Below, in pieces: positions 7,781 to 16,930 of a stretch of 20,000 bases of DNA. Each line of letters opens with the position of its first letter. Position 1 is the first letter of the stretch. Made by a program: the position numbers and the translations under genes. The notes below the pieces were generated by a model. It searched no databases. It was given only the letters and a program-made list of their open reading frames with translations, and was not told the DNA's origin. The DNA is taken from IMG/VR virus record IMGVR_UViG_3300022879_000001; one strand, 5' to 3'. The DNA is from an uncultured virus (IMG/VR IMGVR_UViG_3300022879_000001) (lineage: Duplodnaviria > Heunggongvirae > Uroviricota > Caudoviricetes).

Positions 7781-8677
7781 ATGTTAATGAGTAATTTATC
7801 AATTAAAGAGGTAGATTTTCAAGGATCAACGTTGATGGCATGTGAAGTAGACGAAAAGATTTACGCAGGAGTAAAATGGGTGTGCCAAGGAATAGGGTTA
7901 TCAAGAGGTCAAATTAATAATGAATACAATAAAATTCAAGAAGACTTAGTACTAAAACAAGGTGCACGAAATTTAGTGCTCCCTACAAATGGTGGACATC
8001 AAGATGTTTTGTGTATTGAATTAGAATTCCTTCCATTATGGTTAGCAAAAATATCAATTACACCAAAGATGCAAAGTGAAAATCCATTCCTAGTCGCCAA
8101 GTTAGTAGAATATCAATTAAAAGCTAAAGATGTATTAGCCAAAGCATTCATTGAAAATAATCAACTTTCAAGTAATTTAATGTTCTTACAAGGAATATTA
8201 GATGGAATGAAGGAAAATGAGTTGCGAGTTAGAAAGCTAGAAGAAGAGTCTTCTTTAACAAATAACAAGGTTGTTCATCTTGAAACAGAATTTAATAAAG
8301 AGACAGTAACAGACGGATTCAAAACGAGTAATAATATTGCACGTAGCTTAGATATATATTCATCTACAGATAAACCTCACTTCGGTTTTATTGATAATAT
8401 TGCGAAGTACTTACAAATTTACAGCACCCAAGTCGGATATAAAGACGAATATGTGAATGTGGTTCGTACAACTGTTCATGGTGGAAACGTAGGTACTGCT
8501 GTTTATTATTCAGATAAAGCTATAGGTTTAATTAAAGAATTTGTAACAAATAAATTTAAACCCAAAGCATCTTATATCGTAAAAGGAACTAGGAAAGGTC
8601 AAATCAAAGATATCACATTTGAATTAAATGATAAGAAATACAAATTTAACGAGAATACATATAAAAAATATAATTAA
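7781..8677 (+). CDS. Phage antirepressor (P22_AR N-terminal domain) with coiled coil
   Basis: VDFQGSTL...IYAGVKWVCQGIGLS...KIQEDLVL...LPTNGGHQDVLCIELEFLPLWLAKI matches the P22 Ant N-terminal domain. Confidence 0.85.
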   Translation: MLMSNLSIKEVDFQGSTLMACEVDEKIYAGVKWVCQGIGLSRGQINNEYNKIQEDLVLKQGARNLVLPTNGGHQDVLCIELEFLPLWLAKISITPKMQSENPFLVAKLVEYQLKAKDVLAKAFIENNQLSSNLMFLQGILDGMKENELRVRKLEEESSLTNNKVVHLETEFNKETVTDGFKTSNNIARSLDIYSSTDKPHFGFIDNIAKYLQIYSTQVGYKDEYVNVVRTTVHGGNVGTAVYYSDKAIGLIKEFVTNKFKPKASYIVKGTRKGQIKDITFELNDKKYKFNENTYKKYN

Positions 8678-8685
8678 TACATACG

Positions 8686-8712
8686 TCTTCCCTAGCATTA
8701 CACTAGGGAGAA
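8686..8712 (+). terminator. Hairpin after antirepressor (possible terminator, weak U tract)
   Basis: TTCCCTAG-CATTACA-CTAGGGAG stem-loop. Confidence 0.45.
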
Positions 8713-8772
8713 ATTTAATGATACTAAACTTTTATAAAGTTAAAGAAAATTTATGAAAAGGAGGAATGATTC

Positions 8773-8922
8773 TTGAAGTTTTATATTGAGTGGGAGAATT
8801 CATTACGAAAAATATATTGTAAAGAAATAAGAGCAGTTAATTTAGAAGAGGCTGAAAAACTTTTTGCAGTACAACATCCAGATGGTAAAATACTAAAAAT
8901 CGAAGGGAGGAATGGTGTATGA
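8773..8922 (+). CDS. Small hypothetical protein (49 aa; not in ORF track)
   Basis: AGGAGG RBS, TTG start, MKFYIEWENSLRKIYCKEIRAVNLEEAEKLF...; ATGA overlap with the next ORF. Confidence 0.6.
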   Translation: MKFYIEWENSLRKIYCKEIRAVNLEEAEKLFAVQHPDGKILKIEGRNGV

Positions 8923-9092
8923 AATTTGAAATTGTAGATGATATTTTTAAATCTAATCACGAATATCTTTCTAAATTACATCAATTAGATGTAAATAGCA
9001 TAAAGGGTGGGGAAGGCAATATTCATCGAAGTAAATTATTTAATACAGAGAAAGCAAGAGCAATCCTTTTAGAAAATACAAAAATGAAATGA
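8919..9092 (+). CDS. Small hypothetical protein (57 aa; not in ORF track)
   Basis: GGGAGG RBS; translationally coupled via ATGA. Confidence 0.55.
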   Translation: MKFEIVDDIFKSNHEYLSKLHQLDVNSIKGGEGNIHRSKLFNTEKARAILLENTKMK

Positions 9093-9093
9093 G

Positions 9094-9288
9094 GTGTGGG
9101 TGATGGATAAACCATTTACAATAATACTGAATAATCAAGGAAAAGCAATTGTAACAATGGACAATAGGGTTGCCGATGATGAAAGTGTAATGATTCAACG
9201 ATTTATAGATGATGGATACATAGTGAAAAATGTTTCTGTAGATGAATATGATGAAATTCATATGAATGGAAATTTTAATTCATTCTAA
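9094..9288 (+). CDS. Hypothetical protein (~61-64 aa)
   Basis: GAGGTG RBS; likely start at 9100 or 9103. Confidence 0.6.
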   Translation: MWVMDKPFTIILNNQGKAIVTMDNRVADDESVMIQRFIDDGYIVKNVSVDEYDEIHMNGNFNSF

Positions 9289-9321
9289 TTAAAAGAGACT
9301 TATCATTGAAAGGGATGATGA

Positions 9322-9708
9322 ATGATGGAATTTAAAGTAGAGGATAAAATCAAGCATTATAAGGGTGGTATTTACACCTTTCTTGGTATTGGTACAGAAT
9401 CAGAGACTGGTGACGAAGTAGGCATATACCGTAACGATAAAGATAATCGAATATGGGTAAGACCAATTGATATGTTTTATGAAGAAGTGAAATATAAAGG
9501 CGATTGGGTTCAAAGGTTTGAGATTCATAAGACTAGAAGTGTATTTGTTATGTGCGAGAACTGTGACTTTGAAATGTCAGCAGAAGGAATAAATCATCTA
9601 CAACATGAACTTACAGATATTGAAGGTGCATTAGTTTCTGATGGTGGAGGAGGCTATTACAGTATATGCCCTAAATGTCAAAAAGACAGTCTAGTTTTTG
9701 AAGACTGA
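9322..9708 (+). CDS. DUF1653 domain fused to a C-terminal zinc ribbon
   Basis: KHYKGGIY...ESETGDEVGIYR...IWVRPIDMF...RF; then CENC...CPKC. Confidence 0.8.
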   Translation: MMEFKVEDKIKHYKGGIYTFLGIGTESETGDEVGIYRNDKDNRIWVRPIDMFYEEVKYKGDWVQRFEIHKTRSVFVMCENCDFEMSAEGINHLQHELTDIEGALVSDGGGGYYSICPKCQKDSLVFED

Positions 9709-9752
9709 ATATAGTTAATGTAGATTTATTATTAAAAATACATAATGAAGGA

Positions 9753-10199
9753 TTGATTGATAAAATGAAGAGAGTAAACGAATTACGCGAATCGTATATT
9801 GAGTTGGAGAAAAAGAGTGGAGTTATATACAGCATGATTGACACTGAGTTAAACAAGCAGTTCATTTATAACGGTGTTGGGTGCTATGTTACTGGCTATG
9901 ACTTAGAAGATGATTATATTAATATTCATCCAATTGATGGAGAAACAACTTTAAGTACCAATGGAAAAAATTTAGGAATTACTTTTAAGCAATTTGATGC
10001 GCATTTTGGAAATCGTAAATATAAAATTCACTTCTATAAAGGTAAAGAGGCGTTTGGTGATGTATTAGAGTTTTTGAAGACAGTAGAAGTTGATTTTGAC
10101 TATATACCTAAATCTGATTCTGAGATCATTAAGCAAGGATTAAAGGAACTTGGTTCGTATCCTAAAAGCTATACTGCAAAAATCTATGAAATTAAATAA
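9753..10199 (+). CDS. Hypothetical protein (~148 aa)
   Basis: Long ORF with GAAGGA RBS; exact start uncertain. Confidence 0.75.
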   Translation: MIDKMKRVNELRESYIELEKKSGVIYSMIDTELNKQFIYNGVGCYVTGYDLEDDYINIHPIDGETTLSTNGKNLGITFKQFDAHFGNRKYKIHFYKGKEAFGDVLEFLKTVEVDFDYIPKSDSEIIKQGLKELGSYPKSYTAKIYEIK

Positions 10200-10233
10200 T
10201 ATTGGATTTTTATAAAAAGAAAGGATGATTTAG

Positions 10234-10458
10234 ATGGGAGTTATTCAACCGAAATTTGAAATTAAATTAAATACAGAACTTGAGGATTTTGATTTACAAT
10301 TTGACAGCATTGATGAAAACAAGATGTTTTTATCTCAATTTAATGGAAATAAAGATTTAGTGTATATGACATTGAATGATAAGCAGTTAAGTATGAATAT
10401 TAATGAATTAAAGTTAGCTGTAGATATGTTACATAGTTCAAATAGTGAAATTAAATGA
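10234..10458 (+). CDS. Hypothetical protein (74 aa)
   Basis: AAAGGA RBS; stop TGA inside element 10455. Confidence 0.7.
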   Translation: MGVIQPKFEIKLNTELEDFDLQFDSIDENKMFLSQFNGNKDLVYMTLNDKQLSMNINELKLAVDMLHSSNSEIK

Positions 10459-10503
10459 TATCGCTCTATCATTAAAAATACATATATTAAAAGGAGATTT
10501 ATA

Positions 10504-10947
10504 ATGAAAACAAATACAGAAAAACAAGATGAATTATTTAACGATTTGAATAAAGAATATAAGCGTAGAGGTCGGAAATATGTATACAACATCATACATC
10601 AAATGAATATCGTTCCTAAAAATACATATGTAGAAACAAATTTTACACCTTTAGTGATGGATGGGATTATGGCTTATATTCAACATGTAGCTTGGGAAAC
10701 TACTCATGAATGTTGTTATTCACTTGGTGAAGAAGAAGTCCTGGAAATCATTAATAAATTCTATACAGAAGTTAAATTTTTAGATGAACCTTACAAGTCA
10801 TATTACGAAATTGATCTTTATGAAAATTGGGAAGCTAATGCTGCATTTGACTTTGAGAATTGCATGACAGAGTTTCAACAAGATGGATTATTAGAGTACA
10901 TAAAAGCGATGTCTATTCGTAACAATTGGAAGCAGCAAGTATCATAA
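10504..10947 (+). CDS. Hypothetical protein (147 aa)
   Basis: AAGGAG RBS; stop inside element 10944. Confidence 0.8.
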   Translation: MKTNTEKQDELFNDLNKEYKRRGRKYVYNIIHQMNIVPKNTYVETNFTPLVMDGIMAYIQHVAWETTHECCYSLGEEEVLEIINKFYTEVKFLDEPYKSYYEIDLYENWEANAAFDFENCMTEFQQDGLLEYIKAMSIRNNWKQQVS

Positions 10948-10989
10948 TACAGTCATTTTATAAAATAAAGGAGAAATGAGGAGTTAACA

Positions 10990-11244
10990 ATGAATTGGGT
11001 TAATACAATGGATAGAATTGAGAGAATTAAAATACTAATCGATCAAAATAATAATTATTATCAAAGCTTAGTAGGAAATGAATATACAGCAGATAACTTC
11101 GGAACTGTAGTGAAAATAGATAGCTTTGATAAAGAAACAGTAATGTTTAAATTATCGGTTGTTGATGGATATAGAATATGGTGGGATGGGGCTGAAGATT
11201 TTCTAAAGAGTGTAATAGCAAAACAATATCTATACAAGGTATAA
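10990..11244 (+). CDS. Hypothetical protein (84 aa)
   Basis: GAGGAG RBS. Confidence 0.7.
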   Translation: MNWVNTMDRIERIKILIDQNNNYYQSLVGNEYTADNFGTVVKIDSFDKETVMFKLSVVDGYRIWWDGAEDFLKSVIAKQYLYKV

Positions 11245-11290
11245 GAATTTTATAAAAACAAAGTATTATTAAATACATAAAAGGAGATAG

Positions 11291-11623
11291 ATGAATATGT
11301 CAAATTATAAAGTTTTTGAAATGAATGATTGTGATTGGGTAGCTTCAAAAAGTGAAGAGGAAGCGAAAAAGTGGTATGATCAATTCATCCCAAGAGAAGA
11401 AATCAAAGAATATTTTGAGGGTGAAGTATCTCTAGACAAACAAATTGTTATTTCAGTAAGTGAATTAACTGAAAGTGAACTAGATAAAGCTATTGAGATT
11501 CTTGGTGAAATGATTCCGCAAGATGAGGACTCTTTTAATGTCTCACTCAATGACTGGCTAAAAGTTATGTTGCCAAAACAAAATGACGAAACGTTTATTA
11601 TTGCATCGACGGAGGGTTATTAA
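11291..11623 (+). CDS. Hypothetical acidic phage protein (110 aa)
   Basis: AAGGAG RBS; N-terminal YKVFEMNDCDWVASKSEEEAKKWY. Confidence 0.75.
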   Translation: MNMSNYKVFEMNDCDWVASKSEEEAKKWYDQFIPREEIKEYFEGEVSLDKQIVISVSELTESELDKAIEILGEMIPQDEDSFNVSLNDWLKVMLPKQNDETFIIASTEGY

Positions 11624-11624
11624 G

Positions 11625-11852
11625 GTGAACATAAGATACAATACATCTAAAAATGATGAAGGTAATGTAACAATAGAGGTGATTGTTGATGATTTAATCG
11701 TAGCAGTACTAAAACAAAAAGAGTCAAATGTTTTAACATTAGTACAAAAAGTGGATTTGAATACTGCTACAATTAGTGTGATTTTAAATGATTTTGTAAA
11801 GAGTAGTTATGATATAGCTGTTGCTAGACTGAGATTTGAATTAGATTTCTAA
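11625..11852 (+). CDS. Hypothetical protein (75 aa)
   Basis: GGAGGG RBS favours GTG 11625 over the ORF-track start at 11583. Confidence 0.65.
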   Translation: MNIRYNTSKNDEGNVTIEVIVDDLIVAVLKQKESNVLTLVQKVDLNTATISVILNDFVKSSYDIAVARLRFELDF

Positions 11853-11890
11853 TAAAATGAGAATATTATTAAAAATATAAAATAAAAAGT

Positions 11891-12085
11891 ATGGCAATAA
11901 GTCATAGGGAGAATGGAAATATGAAGATTAACTTTAACAAAAAAGAACTCATGTTACTTCTGGAAACTGTAAAAGATTATCGGTGGGTAGGGGATTTTTC
12001 TAATAATGAATTAGAGAAAATGAAGCGTAAATTAAAATACAATATAAATAAATGTATGAATGGAGTTAATGCCCATGAAGATTGA
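11891..12085 (+). CDS. Hypothetical protein (~54-64 aa)
   Basis: ORF; AGGGAG before ATG 11921 suggests a later start. Confidence 0.6.
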   Translation: MAISHRENGNMKINFNKKELMLLLETVKDYRWVGDFSNNELEKMKRKLKYNINKCMNGVNAHED

Positions 12086-12545
12086 TGAGATAGTTATATC
12101 TAGAGTCATTAAGTCTATATACATGGGTTTTATTCTAGACAAAAAATCCAGTGAATATTTAGGAAAACATTATAAGGTAGCAAAAGAAGATATTTTAAAA
12201 TTTATTGATGTGTTCAATAAAAATACAGATTTAAAATTTAATCATATTAACATCGAATTTGATGAAAACAGTTATGGTACAGGAATTAGAGTTAGAGCGA
12301 TAGGGAACACTACATATCTGACAAAAGAGAAATTAAATATACTATACTCAGGCATCGAAGAATTGATTAATAGGAATTTAAAATTAGCAACTACTTCGAA
12401 TGAACATATTGAAGTTTACGACTTAAATACTTTTGATTTATTGGACAGACATACATGGAATACAATGGGAGACAAATATTTGGCAAGCATCAGTAAACGA
12501 TACATGGTTAATTTTATTCATTTGTATTCAGTTTCAGACTATTAA
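12075..12545 (+). CDS. Hypothetical protein (~156 aa)
   Basis: GGAG RBS before ATG 12075. Confidence 0.7.
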   Translation: MKIDEIVISRVIKSIYMGFILDKKSSEYLGKHYKVAKEDILKFIDVFNKNTDLKFNHINIEFDENSYGTGIRVRAIGNTTYLTKEKLNILYSGIEELINRNLKLATTSNEHIEVYDLNTFDLLDRHTWNTMGDKYLASISKRYMVNFIHLYSVSDY

Positions 12546-12576
12546 TAAAAATACATATCTAAAGGAGAGTATCATA

Positions 12577-12828
12577 ATGTTTTTTAAAGTGAAGGATAAT
12601 GAAGGTAATATTTATACAAACAATATGTCACCTGATGCCGATAAATGGATTTTAGAAATTCATTTCGGAACATCTTATACACAAGTAATTGTTCAAGATA
12701 AGATTTCAAACGATCAAGGAGAAATTATATATCCAGAGAAGAATATTATTATTCCTATGAATGAACTACATTGGGTGGATATGATTGCTGTTAATAGTAA
12801 TGAAATCGGAGAATGGGTAGTTCAATAA
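12577..12828 (+). CDS. Hypothetical protein (83 aa)
   Basis: AAGGAG RBS before ATG 12577; stop inside element 12825. Confidence 0.7.
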   Translation: MFFKVKDNEGNIYTNNMSPDADKWILEIHFGTSYTQVIVQDKISNDQGEIIYPEKNIIIPMNELHWVDMIAVNSNEIGEWVVQ

Positions 12829-12848
12829 AAGTTATCTTTTATTTAAAC

Positions 12849-12893
12849 AAATACATAAAAATGTATTGATGATAATTAGAATCGTGGTACAAT
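12849..12893 (+). promoter_or_regulatory. Promoter of the Prs/Nampt operon with AAATACATAA box
   Basis: Box 12849-12858, part of the palindrome ATACAT-AAAA-ATGTAT; TTGATG 12866-12871, N16, TG-G-TACAAT 12888-12893. Confidence 0.65.
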
Positions 12894-12961
12894 AAGTAAT
12901 AGATAAGGAAAGAATAGGTAATTAACTCTTTATCAAAATTGGATAAATACATAAAAGGAGA

Positions 12962-13786
12962 ATGGATATGATTAAACTTAACGATGTAGAAATTGTATTT
13001 GAGAAATTTCCTAATGGTGAAACAAGAATGTTGTCAACGGACATTAAGGATACTGTGAAAAATGATAATAAAATAAGTTTCAAGTATGGAGATGATTCTG
13101 ATTTAATCAAATTAATGTTCCTGAAAGAGTATTTAAATGAACATTTTGAATCGAAAAATCACTTACTTATTTATTACATGCCATATTCAAGAATGGATAG
13201 AGTAGAAGGTGATTCTGCTTTCACACTGAAGTATGTAACAAGTTTTATTAACAGTTTGAACTTTGATTCTGTAGAAGTTATAGAGCCTCATTCAAATGTA
13301 ACACCTGCACTACTGAATAAGGTCAATTCAAATTACATTAACAACGATCTAATTACTAAGGTGATTGAGGAAATCAACTTTAATGAAGATGTGGATTCAA
13401 TCATGTTCCCTGATAATGGTGCATCACAACGATATAAAAATATGAAATTTAAAAATGTCTTAATCGGAAATAAAACTCGAAACTTCCAAACAGGAGAAAT
13501 TACAGGTTTAGAGTTAATTGGTAGTAAACATTCTCAAGGTAAGAAAGTATTAATCTGCGATGATTTAAGTTCATACGGTGGAACGTTTGTTAAATCGTCA
13601 ATTGAACTAAAGAAAGAAGGATTTGAAGAGGTCTACTTACTAGTAGCTCATGCAGAAAACTCAATATTTAAAGGTGAATTATTCAATCATATCGATAAAT
13701 TGTTTACTACAGATAGTATTTTAACTGAACAAGACAATTGGGAAAATCAGAAGTTCAAAAATCAATTAGTTATTTATAAACTATAA
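12962..13786 (+). CDS. prs: Ribose-phosphate pyrophosphokinase-like protein (probable Adps, ADPR-PP synthetase of NARP1)
   Basis: FPNGE, YMPYSRMDR, EPHS, FPDNGA and the PRT loop VLICDDLSSYGGTF; adjacent to a Nampt homologue. Confidence 0.9.
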   Translation: MDMIKLNDVEIVFEKFPNGETRMLSTDIKDTVKNDNKISFKYGDDSDLIKLMFLKEYLNEHFESKNHLLIYYMPYSRMDRVEGDSAFTLKYVTSFINSLNFDSVEVIEPHSNVTPALLNKVNSNYINNDLITKVIEEINFNEDVDSIMFPDNGASQRYKNMKFKNVLIGNKTRNFQTGEITGLELIGSKHSQGKKVLICDDLSSYGGTFVKSSIELKKEGFEEVYLLVAHAENSIFKGELFNHIDKLFTTDSILTEQDNWENQKFKNQLVIYKL

Positions 13787-13812
13787 AATACATAATAAAA
13801 GGAGAAAATAAT

Positions 13813-15495
13813 ATGAATAATTATATCTTACCATCAACATTACTATGCGATTTCTACAAAACGAGCCACAAGGCGGTATATCCAAAAGGAACTGAAGTCA
13901 TTTATTCAACATTTACACCACGAAGTAATAAGTATTTTCCGATTGCAAATGAGGTAGTCGTATTTGGAATTCAAGGATTTGTTAAGAAATATCTTGTTGA
14001 TTACTTTAACGAAAACTTCTTCAAACGATCAAAAAATGAAGTTGTGAATGAATATAATCGAATTATCAAATTTACTCTTGGTGAGCAGTACGTTGATTCG
14101 GGACACATTGAAAAACTACATGATTTAGGGTGCTTACCAATCAAGCTAAAAGCATTAAAAGAGGGAACTTTAGCACCAATCAAAGTTCCTGTTATGACAA
14201 TTGAAAATACGCATTCAGACTTCTTCTGGTTAACTAATTACCTAGAAACTCTAATTTCTACGGAGATTTGGCAACCAATGACTAGCGCAACTATTTCACA
14301 TCAATACCGCAAACTATTTGATGATTATGCACTAAAGACCGTAGGAAATACTTTAGGAGTCGATTTTCAAGGACATGATTTCTCAATGCGAGGAATGTCT
14401 AGTTTAGAATCAGCGATGACAAGTGGAGCAGGGCATCTATTATCATTTACAGGCACAGATACAATACCTGCGATCATGTATCACGAGAAATATTATAACG
14501 CTAATGTTGAGAATGAATTAGTCGCTTCATCAATCCCTGCCACGGAACATTCTGTAATGTCAGCAGGGACTTCAGCAGACGGAAACAGAGATGAGTATGA
14601 TACGTTTAAACGGATTATCACAGAAGTTTATCCTGAAGGTTTTGTTTCCATTGTAAGCGATACATACGACTTCTGGAAGGTAGTTACGGAAACTTTGCCT
14701 CAATTAAAAGAAGAAATCATGAATCGTAATGGTCGCTTAGTTGTTCGTCCAGACAGCGGTAATCCTGTAGATATTTTATGTGGTAAAAATTTACCTGAAT
14801 TTGATGATATTGAAGACGCATTTGCAGAATACGAATTAGGATTTAGTCATGATGCAAAATTAATGATTAATGATGAGTGTACATCTTACAAAGAGAGTTA
14901 TGATGTTAGAGTCGGAAATAAAGTAGTAACTCTTCAATTTAAAGCGTATGATTCTGAATATGAAATTGATACATATCAAGACTACACTTCACGAAATATT
15001 ACAGCAGAAGACAAAGGTTTAATTGAATGCTTATGGGAAACTTTTGGTGGAAATATTACAGATCAAGGATACAAGGTATTAGACTCACATATTGGTGCAA
15101 TTTATGGTGATTCAATTACTTATGAACGTGCTAAAGAAATTTGTGAGCGACTAGAAAATAAAGGATTTGCATCAACTAATGTAGTGTACGGAATAGGATC
15201 TTACACGTTCCAGTATAATACACGAGACTCATTTGGCTTTGCCATGAAAGCTACTTATGCAGTGATTAATGGTGAAGAAAAACTATTGTTCAAAGACCCG
15301 AAAACAGATGATGGTACTAAGCGTAGTCAACGTGGTAAGGTGAAAGTTTATGAGACCAACGGTAGTATTGCTTATGTTGATGGGCTATATAGTGAATCTG
15401 ATTACAGTGACGACTTATTGGAAGATGTATTTATCGATGGTGAATTAGTGCGTGATCAAACATTAGCTGAAATTAGAGCAGTCCTTAATAAGTAA
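13813..15495 (+). CDS. nadV: Nicotinamide phosphoribosyltransferase-like protein (probable Namat of NARP1)
   Basis: CDFYKTSH, GHDFSMRG, FTGTDT, IPATEHSVM, SIVSDTYD, VVRPDSG, IYGDSIT, YGIGS, KDPKTDDGTKRSQRG. Confidence 0.93.
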   Translation: MNNYILPSTLLCDFYKTSHKAVYPKGTEVIYSTFTPRSNKYFPIANEVVVFGIQGFVKKYLVDYFNENFFKRSKNEVVNEYNRIIKFTLGEQYVDSGHIEKLHDLGCLPIKLKALKEGTLAPIKVPVMTIENTHSDFFWLTNYLETLISTEIWQPMTSATISHQYRKLFDDYALKTVGNTLGVDFQGHDFSMRGMSSLESAMTSGAGHLLSFTGTDTIPAIMYHEKYYNANVENELVASSIPATEHSVMSAGTSADGNRDEYDTFKRIITEVYPEGFVSIVSDTYDFWKVVTETLPQLKEEIMNRNGRLVVRPDSGNPVDILCGKNLPEFDDIEDAFAEYELGFSHDAKLMINDECTSYKESYDVRVGNKVVTLQFKAYDSEYEIDTYQDYTSRNITAEDKGLIECLWETFGGNITDQGYKVLDSHIGAIYGDSITYERAKEICERLENKGFASTNVVYGIGSYTFQYNTRDSFGFAMKATYAVINGEEKLLFKDPKTDDGTKRSQRGKVKVYETNGSIAYVDGLYSESDYSDDLLEDVFIDGELVRDQTLAEIRAVLNK

Positions 15496-15504
15496 CAAGC
15501 GTAT

Positions 15505-15535
15505 GGAGAGTCTTAAGTGACTCTCTTTTTCTTTT
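15505..15535 (+). terminator. Rho-independent terminator after Nampt
   Basis: GGAGAGTC-TTAAGT-GACTCTCT stem followed by TTTTCTTTT. Confidence 0.85.
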
Positions 15536-15569
15536 ATAATATTTCCCTTTTAACTAAAATTAAATAAAG

Positions 15570-15615
15570 AAATACATAATTAACACTTGATTTTATGTAT
15601 TTTATTAATTATACT
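15570..15615 (+). promoter_or_regulatory. Sigma-A-like promoter with inverted AAATACATAA boxes on either side of the -35
   Basis: Box 15570-15579; TTGATT 15587-15592, N17, TATACT 15610-15615; reverse copy TTATGTATTT 15593-15602 in the spacer. Confidence 0.75.
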
Positions 15616-15661
15616 TAGATTAAGAAATCAAACATTGCTAAATTTTAGGAGGATTTTACAT

Positions 15662-16120
15662 ATGGAAATGACTACTGTGTATCACGGTACATCTTCTCAC
15701 TATTTGGATAAAATTGAACAAGAAGGATTAGTAGCTCAGAGACATAGGAACCATGTTTACGTTACTACTGATTATGAAAAGGCAAAAGAATATGCTTTTA
15801 TTTGGACAGGTGGACTTCTTTATGAAGAACAAAAATCATTAGACGCAGGTGAAATAGAATTTCCTATGATCGAAACTGAAGGTGTAATTTTTACTTTAAG
15901 TGTTCCCAAAAATTTATTGAAAGTGGATGATTATAATTTAGAGGGAGAGCCAAATCAATATAAAGTACAAAATAGTCTTTCTCCAGATTATATAGTTGAT
16001 ATTGAGGAAATAATTTTCGATGCTTTTTCAGATGAAGACTTTGATGAAGAGAAATATAATAGTGAAATTTTAAGAGCTAGAGCTTTATTAGTAGGTGTTT
16101 CTCAATGGGGAGAAGATTAG
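15662..16120 (+). CDS. ADP-ribosyltransferase-fold protein (Tpt1/KptA C-terminal or PARP-like catalytic domain)
   Basis: AGGAGG RBS before ATG 15662; VYHGTS...IEQEGL...VYVTTDYEKAKEYA...EGEPNQY...LSPDYI is an NAD-binding ART pattern. Confidence 0.7.
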   Translation: MEMTTVYHGTSSHYLDKIEQEGLVAQRHRNHVYVTTDYEKAKEYAFIWTGGLLYEEQKSLDAGEIEFPMIETEGVIFTLSVPKNLLKVDDYNLEGEPNQYKVQNSLSPDYIVDIEEIIFDAFSDEDFDEEKYNSEILRARALLVGVSQWGED

Positions 16121-16158
16121 ATAATATTCGTATTTTACTAAAAGAGTAAGGAGAGTTA

Positions 16159-16899
16159 ATGATGAATGCAAAACAGTTATATAAATTGGCTAATGAATTA
16201 AATACAAAAGGAGATAATCAAATTTATGATGTGATTGATATTTTAAATCAATATGATAGTAGTATTGACCATCATGACACTAAGGTTTATTTAAATGAAA
16301 AAGTCGCTACAAAACGAGTTCATTATCAAGACTTAGAACATGGAGGTAAATATACATGGGAACTAACTACATTATGGTTTGAAAATAACCCTGTAGCAAT
16401 CATTCAAATGGCAGGTAGATATGGTGAATCACATCAAGAACTATTTGTAACTAATAAAACTCTAATGGATAACGCAATTGACTACTTACGCAAGTTGATC
16501 GATGAGGAAGAAGTTGAGACTGACAAATTCATGATTGACGAAGAGGTAGAATTAGATAAATTAACTAATTTTCATAATCATAGTTTAGACGAGTTTTACC
16601 AAGAAAACTTAAATCCTGAATATAAAAAAGATGACAAGGTTATTGCTTCTGTTGTAGAAGAAAAATCATACGGATATATTTTCGATAATACTCCCATAAT
16701 CAATAGTCTGGTTAAAATCACTAATGTAGAAGAAACCAATCCTTCTGAAACATATCGATTTTATGAGGTTGGAAGAAAGTACGATAGTGTTTGGAAAATG
16801 GGCGAAACTCGAAATATCATTACAAATATGGATACAGATGTTGAAGATGGATATCGTATCTTCGGAATTTTAAACAGTGATTTAGTACAAGTTAAATAA
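16159..16899 (+). CDS. Hypothetical protein (246 aa)
   Basis: AAGGAG RBS; stop inside element 16896. Confidence 0.8.
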   Translation: MMNAKQLYKLANELNTKGDNQIYDVIDILNQYDSSIDHHDTKVYLNEKVATKRVHYQDLEHGGKYTWELTTLWFENNPVAIIQMAGRYGESHQELFVTNKTLMDNAIDYLRKLIDEEEVETDKFMIDEEVELDKLTNFHNHSLDEFYQENLNPEYKKDDKVIASVVEEKSYGYIFDNTPIINSLVKITNVEETNPSETYRFYEVGRKYDSVWKMGETRNIITNMDTDVEDGYRIFGILNSDLVQVK

Positions 16900-16930
16900 T
16901 AATTCGATTTTATAAAAAGGAGAAATAAAA

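Noticed and set aside
12545..12562. Possible boundary element ATAAAA-atacat-ATCTAA (and a left arm only at 19962)
   Set aside because: The right arm does not match the consensus, so it was not counted.
15587..15661. ORF-track N-terminal extensions (also 12433-12576, 11583-11624, 18125-18154, 7428-7442)
   Set aside because: They overlap promoters, boundary elements, RBSs or upstream genes; better RBS-linked starts lie downstream.
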